Below are positions 9,576-24,540 of a stretch of 64,000 bases of DNA, piece after piece. The number at the start of each line of letters is the position of its first letter. Position 1 is the stretch's first letter. The position numbers and the translations under genes are program-made. The stretch comes from Paraphysomonas bandaiensis (Eukaryota; Protista; Chrysophyceae). The notes under the pieces are model-generated. The model was not told where the DNA came from. It saw nothing but the letters and a program-made list of their open reading frames with translations, and did not search any database. The stretch lies in assembly GCA_965644295.1 (NCBI GenBank), contig CBFFRP010000358.1:1-64000 (forward strand), written 5' to 3'.

Positions 9576-11932
9576 CAGGCTTGCGTAACAATTAATTCGT
9601 TTTCAATTTAAATTAATTGGTTTTAAAAGTGATAACTTCACTTAATTATTATTATTGGTAAATGTTGCCAATTAATTGGCTGGATAAATTACATATATAG
9701 AATCTTACGATTTATATCTACTAAACTTAGGTACAAACCCACTATATATATGTTAGCATATAGTAGTTTGGATGTATGTGCACAGTCACGTTAGCATTTA
9801 TTAATCGTAGTAAGAGTTTGTATACACTTTAACCTCAGCACGCAAAAGTAATAATATATATATATATCATGTCAAAGATCGTTGGCAAAAAACAAACTGA
9901 GCACCTCCATATAACGATCATCTAGATACATATAGCATAATATAGTGTGATAGAATATTCAACTGCTTTGAAATATTCAAGTGTAGTAGTGTAAATGACG
10001 TTATAAGTGTATCCGTTAGGTAACAGTATCAGAGGAAGAGAAGTATGTGTGTGTGACAGAATACCTTGTTATAATACAGAGGATCCGTGGTGCGTATGTA
10101 CAACAGTAACGGACTAGAATGATTGAATAGCCATACTTATCATTCTTATTTATTCATCAGGATGGCATCGAATGAACAAATTTGATGATTAAATTTGTCA
10201 GTACCCTGGGATGAACTTTTATCTGGGTGCAGACTCGGAAATTGTTCAAAATGCAGATTCGAGAGAGTATTAGTCAAATTTCAGCGCGGTAGGGAATAAT
10301 AACTGATAAATGATGTACCTGAACGAAGGTGAACTTGATGAAGAGAAATATAAGGAGGAGGAAGACGAAGGAGCCATTCGTTTACTTAAATACAACCGAA
10401 AGCGCCAAAAGGCACGCATCAAACCCCCAACACGATATCGTTGCATGAAGTATTTGTATTGTATATTGAAGAAGTGGTTGCACCTTGGTGCTTGCGCCGA
10501 CGCACAAGCAGCTTCTGTAGCGCTAAATAGTAGGATAATAGAATTTGTGCTGATTAGTTATGGGTAGAGGTCTAACTAGTAGATCTAGCATTCAACTAGC
10601 CACTGTATCGAAATCATACGCGATGGGCAGAAACAGGGCCAAGGGCAAACATGGAGACGAACTTACAACAGCAGCCAAATGCGCAGACTGTGACCACAAC
10701 CTGGACAACATGGCGCATATGCTCCTCCACTGTACCCTGAGATCGCCCAACTACGTGAACAAGCCTTCCACACTCAGCAAACCCAGCTCACAAAACTCCA
10801 TGAGCAACGACAACCCATCCCCTGGCTACACACCGCTCTACAAAGACTGGCGAGGGCTGCATGGGATCCCACCACACCCCAGGTTGAGAGATACTGGACC
10901 GGACAACTAACAGCCTCGCAACTGGCAAATGCTTTCGGACACAACATCTCCACCACGTTACATGACCACCAGTTCCATAAACTCGAGAAATCCGTCACCA
11001 AAGTCCAGCTCCCCCTCTACAATGGAGGAATAAACATGCTCAAAAACAGAGGATGTCGATTTCACAGTAACGATGCGACAACAATGACATCAACCTCGAC
11101 TCATGCCAGCTCACAACCACATCACACATACCCTACCACCAACCCGACGATCCTCCAGCTACTTAAAGCAACATCCACCCCCAGAGCCGTGCCCCACACG
11201 AGACCCCGCCCTCAACGCAGGCCTGCCAACCCGATCCGGAGGCAGACAACACTCATTTCCGACAGAACTGTAACTACAACTAGAACTCCCAAAACCCCCG
11301 CTGCCACACATCCACAGCATGGCGCATCACCCCCCACACCTCGACTCGCATGCGGAAATGGACCACCAGACACACTACCCAAAGGACGACCACCAGACTA
11401 AACTTAAAACAAGGGATGGTTGCACCAAGGTGCTTGCAGCAATGCACAAGCAGTCCCGAGATAACTGAGCATTACATATTCTGTGTCACAATTAGTCTAA
11501 GAAATAGATAGATAAATGCAACAAGTTTTCTCATGTAATAATCAGATCTAATTATAGCCACTGTATCGGAATGAGTTTCTAACGCCTATTGCTAAATAAA
11601 AAGACTTTCAATATTTGTATAGCACTACCAATGTTTGTGAGAGGTTGAGCAGAGCTAAGACTGTTACAACTACATTTTTGCAAGCGAATGACACCTAGAC
11701 ACTTGAAATGTTAATGTTTCTGCGTGAAAATGTGGATGTTTCTTTGGGATGAGATTATAGTTCATAAAGTTAATCTAAAATCTATCAATAGAATTAAAGG
11801 CAATTAATTGGCAATTATTGCCAATTAATTGCTTGCCAATAATTGGAGGCTAGATTAATAATTGCAATTATTATTGTTGGACACCTGTCACCAATTAATT
11901 GCCAATTAATTAATTATTTTTACGCAAGCCTG
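9576..11932 (+). mobile_element. Defective hAT DNA transposon
   Basis: TIRs CAGGCTTGCGTAA/TTACGCAAGCCTG; 8-bp TSD ATACGTGC/ACACGTGC (1 mismatch); AATTG-rich subterminal repeats; transposase C-terminal remnant ..KYLY|STTNVCERL..LEMLMFLREN. Confidence 0.85.
10460..11611 (+). mobile_element. 5'-truncated non-LTR/Penelope-like retroelement nested in the hAT transposase
   Basis: TATTTGTAT duplicated at 10451 and 11612, and removing the insert restores the hAT frame. Cx2Cx8Hx4C knuckle (CADC..HMLLHC); 3' end AATAAAAAGACTTTCA; copy of the 3' UTR repeat at 10471-10615. Confidence 0.75.
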
Positions 11933-12482
11933 ACACGTGCTTGTAATGAGTAACTAAGTTAATTAGACAATAATTGGCGCAATTAAATTGCAATTATTGC
12001 AATTATAATAATAATTATAATAATTATTGCGCGAGCTATAACTAATACTTGGAGTTTAATTGCAATTACTTGTTACGCAGCCCTGATAATCAGTCATTCA
12101 GTACTAGTACTGGATGAAATTCAAACAACTTAGAAATACAGGTTTAATTGCTCACAAACAGCAAAACTCAACAAATTCTTATTGACGCCATGGTTCCTGA
12201 GTTATAATACATCATAAAATCACATACAATACTGCGATAAATCAATAATAGACCTTATTGTTTATTCTTGAATATCACAATTACACGATAAATCACTAAA
12301 CCAGATACACAACGCACATATTCAACTATTGAGGCGGCTCACACATCGTTAAATACGGATACTAGAAATATGTGTAAATGTGACTCATAATTGAACCGAT
12401 TCTAACATTGTTACGTCTACGTCATCACAGAGAGCACAAAATAGCGGACGCCTAGGGTGGTAGCATATCACACTGCCGCTAT

Positions 12483-13737
12483 TCAATGAGTCGGTTGACG
12501 GGCGGACGATGTGCTCGGATGTAGTCCAGTGGGTGTACCACGAGTGGCCATCGGAGAGCTCAGACTAGTAGGCGCATTGGAGGTAGGATTGTCAATGCTA
12601 ACTGGCTTGCTCACTGCATGGGCATCAGGACCATATCCACCCCCAACCCCGTAGAGGAATTTCGTAGGCGTGCGCCCTCCACTCACATCACTGTTTCTAC
12701 GGGTCATAGAGAGCACAGGGGTCATAATACTGCTATTTGTTTTTGTTGGAGAGTTATGAAAAGAGGTCCGGCTACGCCGGGGCGACCCCACTGGAGTGCG
12801 AGATCGCGGTGTGCTTCCCTTCGATGGTGATAACTGCGGTGATCCAGGTGGACCGTACACTTTATACTCCTTGGCGGTGTGGGCACCCTTGGTGTTTCCT
12901 GAGGAAGCTCGAGCATTATAAGATTTACGCAGTAGAGTTGTAGATGGAGAGCTTGGATTTTCGGAATGGAAGTATGAGCCCGGCCCTCTGTTGGAGGCAT
13001 TGTCATCTCGAGATCCTATATCCGTAGTCAGTTACAGCATCTATAACAGACAAGGATTACTACCCGTAAATACCACATCGCCTCGCAGCACTGTAGAAGA
13101 TGGTGCCATTCGAGGCGAAGATCCCATAGTGGGGCGGCCAGCACTGGCGGGACGATTCAGCGATGGGCTGCTGTATGACTTGTTTAGAGTTGTAGTAAGG
13201 CGAGAGGAGTAGTCTTGGGACTCAGACGGGTAGTACTGCCCTGCAATTGAGTTATGCTAATATGAAAATACAGCATGGATGTAAACATGCCATATTACTA
13301 AACTTACCAGGCGGTGGGTAGAGTGCCTTGTCTCTCGAACTCGGAACCGCAAAACCACTGGGTGTTAGCTGCAAGAAAATTCAAATAATAGACATAGGTA
13401 TATGAACATTACGTGTCCACTAATGTAGTAGTCGCTTCTTTCTTTTTCAGACTTCCCTTTTGTCATTGGCTCTCTCTTGACAGGAGTCTTTGGAGTCCAG
13501 CCGTTTCTATATGGGCTAAACATGAGAGCAAATTTGATAGAGTCATAAATATGCACCTCTTCTCATCTAGTTCACGGATAAAGTGAGACCCTGGACCAAT
13601 GTGCTCCGAAGTAGATATCTGTGCGGCTTTCAGGGACCCCGACAGAGTACATAAGGACTTACCTTACTGATGTGCGGCTTATTCTTATGTGACCGCAGGT
13701 CAGGATAGAAGCGCGGTTCGTCTCCGAATATAGACAT
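12483..13737 (-). CDS. Spliced S/P/T-rich hypothetical protein (weak resemblance to STPG/SHIPPO repeats)
   Basis: ATG 13737 (MSIFGDEPRF), GTAAGT donors, HIGPGSH motif, disordered C-terminus ending at TGA 12483. Confidence 0.5.
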
Positions 13738-14248
13738 AGGGAGGTCTACTGAGCTGAAGAATGCAAGATGCAAGATTAGCAGCAGCTAATCAGAACAACA
13801 CCAAGCAAGAGCAGCGCTGATATCGCAGGCAGCGATAGAATGATGATGCCATACGCTCACATGCCGAGAAACAACCGCCCGCAGTCGTATGATATACTGC
13901 TCTGTATACTGCTCTGTATACTGCTGTGCATATCTTAAATACTGTAACATAAAGTGTATAAATATCGCGTTTTTGCAGGTCAGAAAATTACTTTTTTCAA
14001 ATAATGCGGAAATCCTCCATGAAAAGGGCTGCATGGACAGTCGTACGTCGTAGTACAGTTGCAGGAGCGATAAGAATAACTGGCAACACTCAACACTGCT
14101 GCATATCCATGTCGCATATAGCTACCGGCCGTTAGATTCTACTTTTCTTGTATGCACTTGGAATAGCAATACCGAGTTGGTTCTATTTATAGCCGCTGAT
14201 TGAGTGAAGTGTAGAATAGCAATTCACGTCACCGGAAATTCCTCCGCC

Positions 14249-16361
14249 ATGATTCATTCTAGTGACCAGAGCTTTGCCCCTATAGTGCCTGGTCATGTCT
14301 CCTGCTCCTCCTGCCATACCAGTGCCACGCAGCTGAAGATCAATAGAGAGCTGAAGCGGTGTGCTGTGTTAATATCACGACGTGAAAAAGAACTAGAAGA
14401 CAATAAAACACGACGTCGCAAAGAAGCCAAGTGCTGCACAGCGAGACCAGCCATGACGGCATCTGAGAGGTTCGTTCGTGTGTTGTAGGTAAAAATGATG
14501 TAATACTGTCCCCAAAGAAACATCGATGATAAGATCTTGAACCCCCTTCGCCAAGATAAACTTAAGCTGCGTAGCTTTCTGTCAAAAGTACGACGTATAA
14601 AACAGACACGAAAAATAGGAGATGATAGCTATAAAGTAAGATACGCGTACATAGTACGTATGTGACAGATAATGCCATATACTCTTAACAGAAACTTTTT
14701 GTGGAAAATATATTACCCCAAAAGAATAGGAGAGATAGCTTTCTCAAGCTCGAATCTGAGAAACAAGTAATTGTCAGTAATAGGCGTGCAACAATATTGG
14801 AAATGACCCATCATCTCGAGCTAACTTCCTCAGATAATGAGGTGAGTGGAACAGATTGTGCTAGGTGCTTGGTCAACGTTCTTTTTATACGTAGGAAGAA
14901 AATGTGCTAGAAACTACAGCGCATTTCTCTATTGGATTTCGGTGGCAGTTCATTGTGCTGGCTTGCTCACGAAGTAATGTTTTATACAATACACTACGCA
15001 TATTTCGAGGTCAAATGTTGCAACATGAATTACAGTGAGTTAGCTACTACATTGAAAATTAACACTAATTCTATATTCAGGTTTCGAAGTGCAGCTTTAA
15101 TTCAACGGTCGTGGAGACGCTCACATTATGTCCTGTGTGTGTCAGCGGTTGCAAAAAACTTCGTGCGGTCACCTCTGCGCTCTAATTCGTATAAGCTATT
15201 TCACGCGCGTTGCAAAGCGGCAGATATATTGCTACACTTTCTTGCTAGCGTAACCTCTAATTTGTACTCTAAATTGCGATCTTCTATAAGGTGAGTTCGC
15301 ACACTGGTAGAATTATGCACATATTTCTTGTGTGTATGATACTGCAAAAGTCGTTCCAGCCAATGTATTTTGTGAGTGTACGCTTTATACTGCATTGCGT
15401 GAGAAGGTTGTATGGTGATATATTGGTATTGGTTTTACCTCATATGTGTTTGATTTCGTACACCTCTGACCTTCCGATTTTGTATGTATTCCACAGACGC
15501 TTCCGATTTCTCCAGCGCATGACGCGGAGCTACTTGCAGATGCTCAACTACCGCACGCTCTTCCTCAGACTAGTATTTGATAGAGCTGTTCAAGTGCTTG
15601 ACCAGTTTGTTACGTATTTTCACAATAAGACTCGGATAACCTCGGCGATGCTCTCACAGATGAGCCGTCGAAATGACCCTTCTGTGATCCGAAGCATGCT
15701 TACATTGGAGTATTTTGAATATTTTTCGTCGGTATTTCATAGTAGAAGTAGTTGTGAACAAGCAGGCATAACGAAACTGGCAAATCTTCTTTCTTCCGGG
15801 TTACGCGATCACATTTCCATATTTCTGTTCAATGAGCTTAAGTCTTTGCTGATAAGGCTGAGACGAAGTCATAGATGCAAAGATTATACTGTTGAGCCAG
15901 AATTATCAATCTCCGACGCAAAAGCGTATATTGTTGAAGGCAACGATCCTATACGTAAGCGTGTGACGATAATTGAGTCCACATGGAACTGCATAGGTGG
16001 TGTACGCAATAAGCAATGTAAAAAAACTCCGCATCAACCAATTTTGTTACTTCGAATGCTCACGACAGAGGACATTACAAACAGCTTTCTGAATTTAGCA
16101 GTCGTTTGGACTCGAAATACGAGTTTCATTGCAAACACAACCGAGCTCAGAAGGGCGACGATTATGGGGGAAGCTGTGGTGGCTGTGCGATACGAAAAGG
16201 TCCCAACTCCACCGAGAGCGTTTCGGCGGTCGAGTTCTGTATTTCGAAGCACCGACGTGGGTACTGAGTCTAACAATCGGCAAAGACGCCTTGTCAGCCG
16301 GACAACAACTATGCCATGGGACATAGGCCGTAATTTTCCTCCCAATACAGATGTCACCTAA
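14249..16361 (+). CDS. Multi-exon hypothetical protein with an IQ-like motif
   Basis: ATG 14249, GT-AG introns, AALIQRSWRR motif, long terminal exon to 16361. Confidence 0.55.
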
Positions 16362-17492
16362 CTACAGTTCTGTTAACTATGATAGAGACGAACCGACAGT
16401 AACTCCGCAATTTTTCGAAAATACTAATTCGGCTATAGATTGTATATTATTATTTGATATGATCCAAGCATTGTTTATATTTACATTTATACGACAAAAC
16501 GCATCCTGAGACTTGACTGATAAATGCGTCCACAACACATGTCACAAGTTGTGTAGTTTATCAATATTGTCAATATATATCCTACAGGTATTGATATTAT
16601 TAGCGATGCTATTGCATATATTGAATTTGAGTAACAGTTGTACGAATACAAGTAACCTTCAAAGTTTTTAGTTTTTGTGTAATACAGCATATATATATGA
16701 TACGCGATGGAGCATATTCTCTTGCTAGAGCTTATTTTGTGATACTTGCTATATATTATCGATATAATATATGTTACCTGTTACCCAACGAAACGTTAAT
16801 TGTATATTATGGATCAGCTTAATATAGAAGTATCTGTAGTTACAATGCAATGCAATATATCATAAACTGAATTAGAGAGAGTATCTGTTAAAGATACATG
16901 ATCGTCATCATTATGATCGTCATTATATCAGTTGTTATACTTCTAACTATTCCGTTGTGCATGAATATTATGTTTTATATTGTTACTCATATTTATCACT
17001 TTACTATGTTTATCACTTACATTCTAATAATCACAAACTTTGTTTTACTATATATATATATTATTACTAAGACCAATTCTTTATTCAATGTGGTCGTGTT
17101 ATGTTCATGCTCATAATAATACCACGCATCTCTCCACCTACAGACATAATATTATTCTGCATGTCAAGAGAATTGATCTATTATTACTGAGATCAATTCT
17201 TTATTTATATATTTGTTTTAAGATAATCTATCAATGTATGTGAAACTTATTTTATTGCCAGTGGATAGCGTTCTTTCAACTTATATACAGAGCCTGTCGA
17301 GACAGGGTTGAGACTACTTCTCGTCACTACTTCACCGTTTTCGCAGAGACAGTAAATATGCTAAACTGTACTGAGAAAAGAGTAAAGAGGGATTTTGATC
17401 TATATACTTTTTGCTTCTGAGTTCACTTTTTATCAGTGGCCTGTTGTACGATTAACTTAGGTTAATCCAAGAGAGTTCTACTTTTTAGAATT

Positions 17493-17966
17493 GCCCTCAA
17501 TAAAGTGGATTTGTCGTTAGAATAGAGTCGGTGTTCTTGGGGATAAGTACCGGAGAGATCTTTCTCCGGGAAACGAACGTGAGCCGCATATATAGTCAGT
17601 ATAATATAACGGTCTGCCCACTCATAGCCAAATAAATGCTTGTGTGGTACAAGGGACACTGCTTACTAATTAGTATAACTTGTGTAGACGTGTAAACGTC
17701 TTTGGACCTTGATGAATAAACAGGCATCGGGAATGGTCCCACCTCAAGTGCATCCGGGGTATTGGGCTGCCTGCTGCTGAAATCAAGCATCCGGACAGTT
17801 CGCCTTCTTAAGGACAGAGAGCAAAAGTAGTTGTATTTTGGTGGTTGCGGTGACGCACAAGCAGCTTTCGTAGAGCTAAATAGTAGGATATCATCAAAGT
17901 TAAGCATTAGTTAGTTAGTTAGTCAAATTGTCTGGCTATATTAGTTTTGACTCTGAAACGCCTATT
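17493..17966 (+). mobile_element. Copy of the ~490-bp non-autonomous (SINE-like) retroelement
   Basis: Colinear with the reverse complement of 37048-37538. Confidence 0.8.
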
Positions 17967-19998
17967 CGTATGGATTGAGCATTACATATACACTATGGAT
18001 CGAGCTGAGCTCAAAATCAAGAGAAAAGACACATACAATATCGCAATATCGACCGTTCAAAGAAACAGTACCTTTTTACCTTTCTTAATGTAAAGAAAAC
18101 GTTATAATGAGAGGCCAACCTTCCCACCATTGTAATAGCCATTATAATAGCCATTAAGGGCAATAAATGGCCTTCGTCCTTAATGTTTTCCAACTTCTAA
18201 TTCAAATATTATGTGCTTATACTATATAGTTGATAATTGCCAATTAATTGGAATTTAATTGCAATTCAATTAATTGTTACGCAGCCCTGGTGTCATCGCA
18301 AGCACTAAGGTGCACCATTTGTGTTCTATTACTCCAAGAAAACGCAGTGATCAAGCACGTAAACTTTGAACTAGATCCGTTGCACACAAAGAATTAAAAT
18401 TACTGATCTCAACACTTTCCATTTGGTGATCATCCGTTCTCATTAACCCCTGTTTATCACATACATGTTCACCAGTCACTTCTATGCCTTATATAGACAT
18501 ACAGAACGGAAATTGCTTTCCTTGTAACTGCATTCACCTGTTACAACTAGGAGTTGGTTTTATCTTTTCCACACTATTAACTCACTTCAATTGCACAATA
18601 TATTATTATCGCATCATGCAAAATAACTCGACGTGCTAACGTAACGGAAGATTATTCTGGGAAAAAACTGTGATAGTTATTCGAAGTTGCTAATTAAAGC
18701 CATCCACAAAATGCATATCAAAAGGTTGAGCAAAATAGAAAACAAAACACGGAAGCATATAAACAAAAATATATATATACTTACTTAATATTCAATACTT
18801 ACTTTGTCCTGCCTGCGCTGCGGGAGCGGTGGCGACGATGAGAGGAGGGCCTGTAATGTGTTCTGCTATGAGACCTGTCGCGCCAACTACTCGAAGTGGT
18901 CTGGTATCGCGGCTACCAGAGAGATATGAAGTGGTAATGGTAGGAGAAGATCAAACATTACGACAACCAGAAGCTCTTTGACGATAATGCTCTCGACCTT
19001 GAGTTCTACGTTCTCGACTATATCATCGATCCTTACGCCCCTGTGAAGTCGAATAAGAAGAACTATACTGAGGCATCAGATAGTTTGTGGGGAAACAACT
19101 AGGCTGCGTATTGGGGAGGGGATATGTTTCAGGGTATGTCGTTATAGGGGAACTGGATGAACTTGTTCGACTTGAGATAGATGATACTACAACTTTGAGA
19201 ATATTCGCTTTGAGAATCCCCTTCCTTCTCTCTGTCGTCACCTTGTTTCATAGTAAAGAAACGTAAAGAGCACGCCAAAAACCTTCAGGTTTCTCAAGAA
19301 CCCAAAGTTCTGCCTCCAAATATAATTCGAACGGGTTCCTTTACGTTATATTCTAGGTGCTTTTCTTGAAGAGAAATCTAATATGAAACAAGGGGAGGCA
19401 TCAAGAATATATCTGCTACTTCAATTTCATCTCCTCCCCCTTCGAACCCACTTAGCTTTTGGAATATCAGAGGGATGAAATCCACTGTACGGTGTTAGTG
19501 TTGAACAATTTGACAACATAACAGATGTGTACATATACAGGAACAGTACATACTTGATGTCAACAAAAGACCAGACTATCAATGTCACTTTAACATGTGG
19601 AGAAGATGTTTTCTTGCTGTAGTCGCTTATTCCTCATATATTGACTTGAATTCAAGACCATATCTTCGTTGCAATAACGTCTGCAACACTTTCTTCGCCA
19701 GATTCAGAAAGAGACAGACGGTAGCTCATAATATCCTCTGTTTGTAGTGTGATATGGTTACATGGTTGTGTTAAACCTTGCAGCTCATGACTATGATCCA
19801 CATACACTGTTATACTGCTGTATACATATACCGTACATCATCTGCAGGATCTCCATATATATACACTGCTGTATCCCAGCCAGATCTGTACAATACGGCA
19901 CGTATTTCCATGGTATTGTGGAATACTATCATGATACGAGAGAGCACACTGCGCTGTGCACATCATGACAGGATCGATACTGCCCAATTCTAGAGCTA

Positions 19999-21411
19999 AT
20001 GCAGAAGCTAATGCTGAGTTTGTGCCATTTACTTCTGTGTTGTCTCACTGCAGCTATCGCCAATGAGATGCCTCCGGTCCCTGGCTGCATGCGTTCAGCA
20101 TTCACTCAGAGGGGTTTGTTACAGGGGGCTCTGGAGAGGCGACCGGGGAATGATGGTAAATTGACTTTTCCCAGTAACGCTGCAGTGGAAATGGTCTCTG
20201 TATATCTGCGGGTTCATCCACGCAGGTTGTGTTCTATTGCTGACCTTTATTCGCTTGTGTTAACAATTGACTTAATAGAGTGCCACATTCCGATCCATTT
20301 GATGTGCCGTCAGCATCAACATTATCGTTCGCTTACACTCTGGATAATCTCTCGGATGAACAGCGTACTCGTACAGTTGTAAATTTATTTGTAAACTCTC
20401 AGGATCCAGCTGAATTCATGGCTATTCATGATTGGGTAACGTACCTGTTTTCCAACAGAACTGGCAGTATGATGGTACGTGATATTAACGATGCCACTTG
20501 TCCATGTCTGGCATATACAAATTTTATAAATTTGCTGTTAGTCTATTTTTTTAATTACACGCCTGAAATGCAGATTTTCAAATGTCCCCCTGGGAATATG
20601 CCGTCCTACATGTGTATGAGGAGAAGACTCATTTCCCAAGCTGAGGACCCCACCAATCCGTTAAATAATAAAACTATTGTGTATTTTCTTGAGGTACTAT
20701 TTAATATATGACATGCACTCTCTTGGTACCAGAAATGCTGCTCTATGTTTTATTTATGCTATAGCGAAAATTCCACCTATATGTGGTTATCTAAATTCTG
20801 CTGTTGGGATATACATATAGGATGATTACTTGCACCATAGAACTGCGACAGAAGAGCTAATAGGTGTGTTTCGGTCGCACAACCCCTGCTTCGCTGTGCC
20901 CTATGACTACCCTGATAGGTATGTATTGGGTGCACCCTACTGTCATGAATTATCTGCTCCTGCTAGATACCTAATGCCTGACCACAACGATGACGATGGG
21001 CATGTAACTATTGTTGCCGGTCAACATAGGCATTGGCGTACTGTTACGAGTACTACTGTAACTTTTGCAGGTCGTTTAGAAACAGTGCTCTATATGATAG
21101 CTCTGGATATACTTCCACATCCCTTGAACGACTATGACAACTCAGTTCATATCGCTTCCCTTGGTGCATCCATTCTCTCTCCTATTCCTGGCTTAGCATC
21201 ACATATTGAATCTTATAGAGAGTTTACCACAGTGTATACGCGCCCTGTTTACGAGGATTCGTCGGAGTATGTGTCACTATATCACAATTGGTTCGAAGAA
21301 GGGCGAAACTTGGCTAATTTCGCCAAATATAGCATAGAAAAGAATATATGGAATCTAGTTAGAATGTATAACGAGAGAAAATTGGATAACAGTTTGAGTA
21401 CTGAACTGTAG
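19999..21411 (+). CDS. Putative secreted protein, 3 exons
   Basis: Signal-peptide-like MLSLCHLLLCCLTAAIA; exons ~19999-20154, 20281-20693 and 20821-21411 join in frame; no family recognised. Confidence 0.55.
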
Positions 21412-23210
21412 ATAGCTCTTTATAAAAATCGCTTGTTGATGTAATTGTCGTATAATATAGCATAACATAACATCATGTCAGATTGCATTACTGTTAATTT
21501 CAGATCCGTGAATTTCTGTTGTAAAATATTGTTCTTATTGGCATGATATAGTAGTTTGAAGAACATAGATTAGCTTTCCCTTGAGGTGGGTCCACTCCCG
21601 GATGCTAATTTTTAGAAAAGAGCATAGTATCTTAATAATTTTCTTGTTACGTTGTGCTATATGATGCAGTACTTATTATGTAATTGAAGTTAGTTATAGT
21701 GTGCAATGTGCAATAGGTGAATAAACATAGTCACAAAGGAAATTAATTCAGATACTGATGTTTGACTATATAAGATATAGGAGTGACTAGTGAGCATATG
21801 GTAGAACGAGCGATATGTCTGAGAACATAATGTATGTATGTAGCAAACTGCTGAGATTAATTATTATAATTCTTTCTTTCTTGAAAGTACACTGTGTGCA
21901 AAAAGGCAAGGTTAAGGCTTACGTGTAGACCAAAATTTGCTGCAGTGTAATTGTCAAAAATCTAAAATATTAATATTGTGGGTGTAAAGAATACATGTTA
22001 TAATTACACTTAATAAATTTTATATTAGTTGTAACGTGAAAATGTAACGGTTACATTTTATACATACATTGTATATATATAATATTTTGTAATATTCATA
22101 TATATATAGTATGCAGAATTAACTGCAGCTGACACAGTGTCTACCCATTCCTTTTAGTAGGTTACTTATATAGCTTGACCTCGGAATACTGTCTCTTTTA
22201 CTGGAGGGGATATGAGGCTTATCCCGGTGGGCTACATTCAATTTTAGGGGCATGATGCAAACAAGCACAAAAATATATATATTATAATATACCAGATACA
22301 AGCGAGAAGTACTTCGGGTGCACTGACTTATCCTCTTTTGTGGCACCGCCTCTTCTCTTCTTGCTTTCGTATAATATAAACTGATAGCTACCACCAGCAT
22401 TGACAGCATGGACAGTATCACGCATCCTAGTGACAGTAACGAGAATACATGATATAGGGGTTTTTAACTTTATATATATATATCAGACAATAATGACTCC
22501 ATCTCTCTTGTTCTGATTTTTGTACAGTAATAAACAAGGCAGCACAACACACATAACAGATTGCTTTCTATCGTCACTAAAAGTCATTGATAATTATAGT
22601 ACCGTAATAGCACCAGGCATAAAGCCTTGCCTCTTTTTGAACGCGCTGCCGTAGTTTCAACATTTGTCGTCTTTCTTGCTGCACGCTGCTCCTCTCTCTG
22701 CCGGTGTATACATTGGGCAGCAGGAGTCCCACCATATCGGTGACTGTAGAACCGTCACAGTTCCGAACGACAATTTGTGGACTCCGCGTGTATTATTTGT
22801 TTATCCATGTTGTCCTGATGACAATGGCGATGACAAATTGCAGCTGATAATGAGTTGTTGGCTACAGGTGGAGAAATTAAATAGGTCAGCCCAACATAAC
22901 ACAAAAATAAGAAATAAATTAAAAAAGTCCTGCAATCTGTCGTTCTAATACACTTGAACGGATGTTTAGCGATATCTCAATGCTGTGCAAATCAATGATG
23001 GCTCTCAACAAAGTCGGACTATCAGAGTCAGCTGATAGTGTTCTGCCCACTTAGAGCCAAATAAATGCTTGTGGGCTCAAAAATCCTGATGTCATCGATG
23101 TCAGGTAGATAATCATTCTGCTTGCTCACTGCGGTTGTTTTGATAGAGCAAAAGTTGTTGCACAGCATAAAAGTCTACAATTTGCTAATAACTGTGGACT
23201 CCATGTAGAC

Positions 23211-23332
23211 CAGGTATGCGTAATGCGTTAGAATTAATTGTCAATGATTTGATGCAGGTTTCACTCCATTGTTGAATTTAATATTTGCTGTCCCAATTAC
23301 AATAGTTTACAATTAATTGATACGCAGCCGTG
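23211..23332. mobile_element. hAT-family MITE, degenerate
   Basis: CAGGTATGCGTAA...TACGCAGCCGTG ends like the 9576 element; lone right ends also at ~12070-12086 and ~18275-18289. Confidence 0.6.
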
Positions 23333-23862
23333 GTATACCTCGATTAGTAGATCTACGTATTGCACATTGTGGCTAAAAATTTAACCTGGTGGCAGAACAG
23401 TTGTATACTAAACTGTATAGTGCAGCCACGCTGCTAAGGTGACATATAAAACGAGTAACTATAACAAAAAAAAATATCGCGAAATAATTGGTGAGACTAA
23501 TTTAATCATACTATAATATTCTTATTAGACGCCTACGCATCGTAAATAGACAGAAGATTATTCAGTCCACTACATTTAATTTTATGCTCTATTTTCACGC
23601 ACTTATATAGTAGTATTCATTCCTCCTCTTATGTTAGTGTACCGGATGCGAACAATTCAAATGCCAGAGCGCATACGGAAAAAACATTTCTTGACTGAAT
23701 AATACAGAATTCCTCGTTCAATGTAGTATGAGCATTACGCGTATCTATAAGCTAGGGCGTTCGTTGAGGTTCAGTGAAGAAACGATACGGCACATATACC
23801 TACACATCCCACATATTAGCACACATATGGTTTCTTGATAATAACATGAACATAAATATCGC

Positions 23863-24492
23863 TTGTATGCTCACAAGTTCAAAGATACTTATAAAAAATA
23901 TCTTCGCGTAGAGTGTGCACTTAGGTTAATATTGGCCAAGAACTGATAGTACTAGCAGATATCACAAGAATCACTTCGCAGTGACACAAATGTCGACTAG
24001 TGCTCGTCCAAATATCTGGCCGTGTACTCAGAAGGAAAGTATAGCATAACATTCACGTACGTGTAATGATAACGAACATCCTAAGCATTGTGAATATATT
24101 GTGGGCTTAAGTAGCACTTCGTACCATTCAGAAAATCACAATCCGCCAAAGATAACCAAGTTCGCTCGATATCAGCCTAGCAGTATAATTCCAGCTGGCG
24201 AAGAACGCAACGAACAGCTTCAGGTCGATCAGTCTATCACAGCAACTAATAAAACAAACTCGATTAGAAGTAATTCGTCTATGTATCACAATATATAAAC
24301 ACTGTGTTGTATGCTCACAAGTTCAAAGATACTTATAAAAAATATCTTCGCGTAGAGTGTGCACTTAGGTTAATATTGGCCAAGAACTGATAGCACTAGC
24401 AGATATCACAAGAATCACTTCGCAGTGACACAAGTGTCGACTAGTGCTCGTCCAAATATCTGGCCGTGTACTCAGAAGGAAAGTACAGCACA
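23863..24492 (+). repeat. ~185-bp direct repeat pair (23863-24048 and 24307-24492)
   Basis: Near-identical TTGTATGCTCACAAGTTC...CAGAAGGAAAGTA, offset by 444 bp. Confidence 0.9.
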
Positions 24493-24540
24493 ACAAAGAA
24501 TACATACACGATTGGTGCACAAAACATATTTCGGATAAAA

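Noticed and set aside
17690-17800. Second HDV-like motif (ATGGTCCCACCTC); also hammerhead, pistol, group I intron or RNase MRP readings of the SINE family
   Set aside because: The loop is not conserved in the 37.3-kb copy, there is no CUGANGA-stem-GAAA core, and the other matches are isolated short words without the required pairings.
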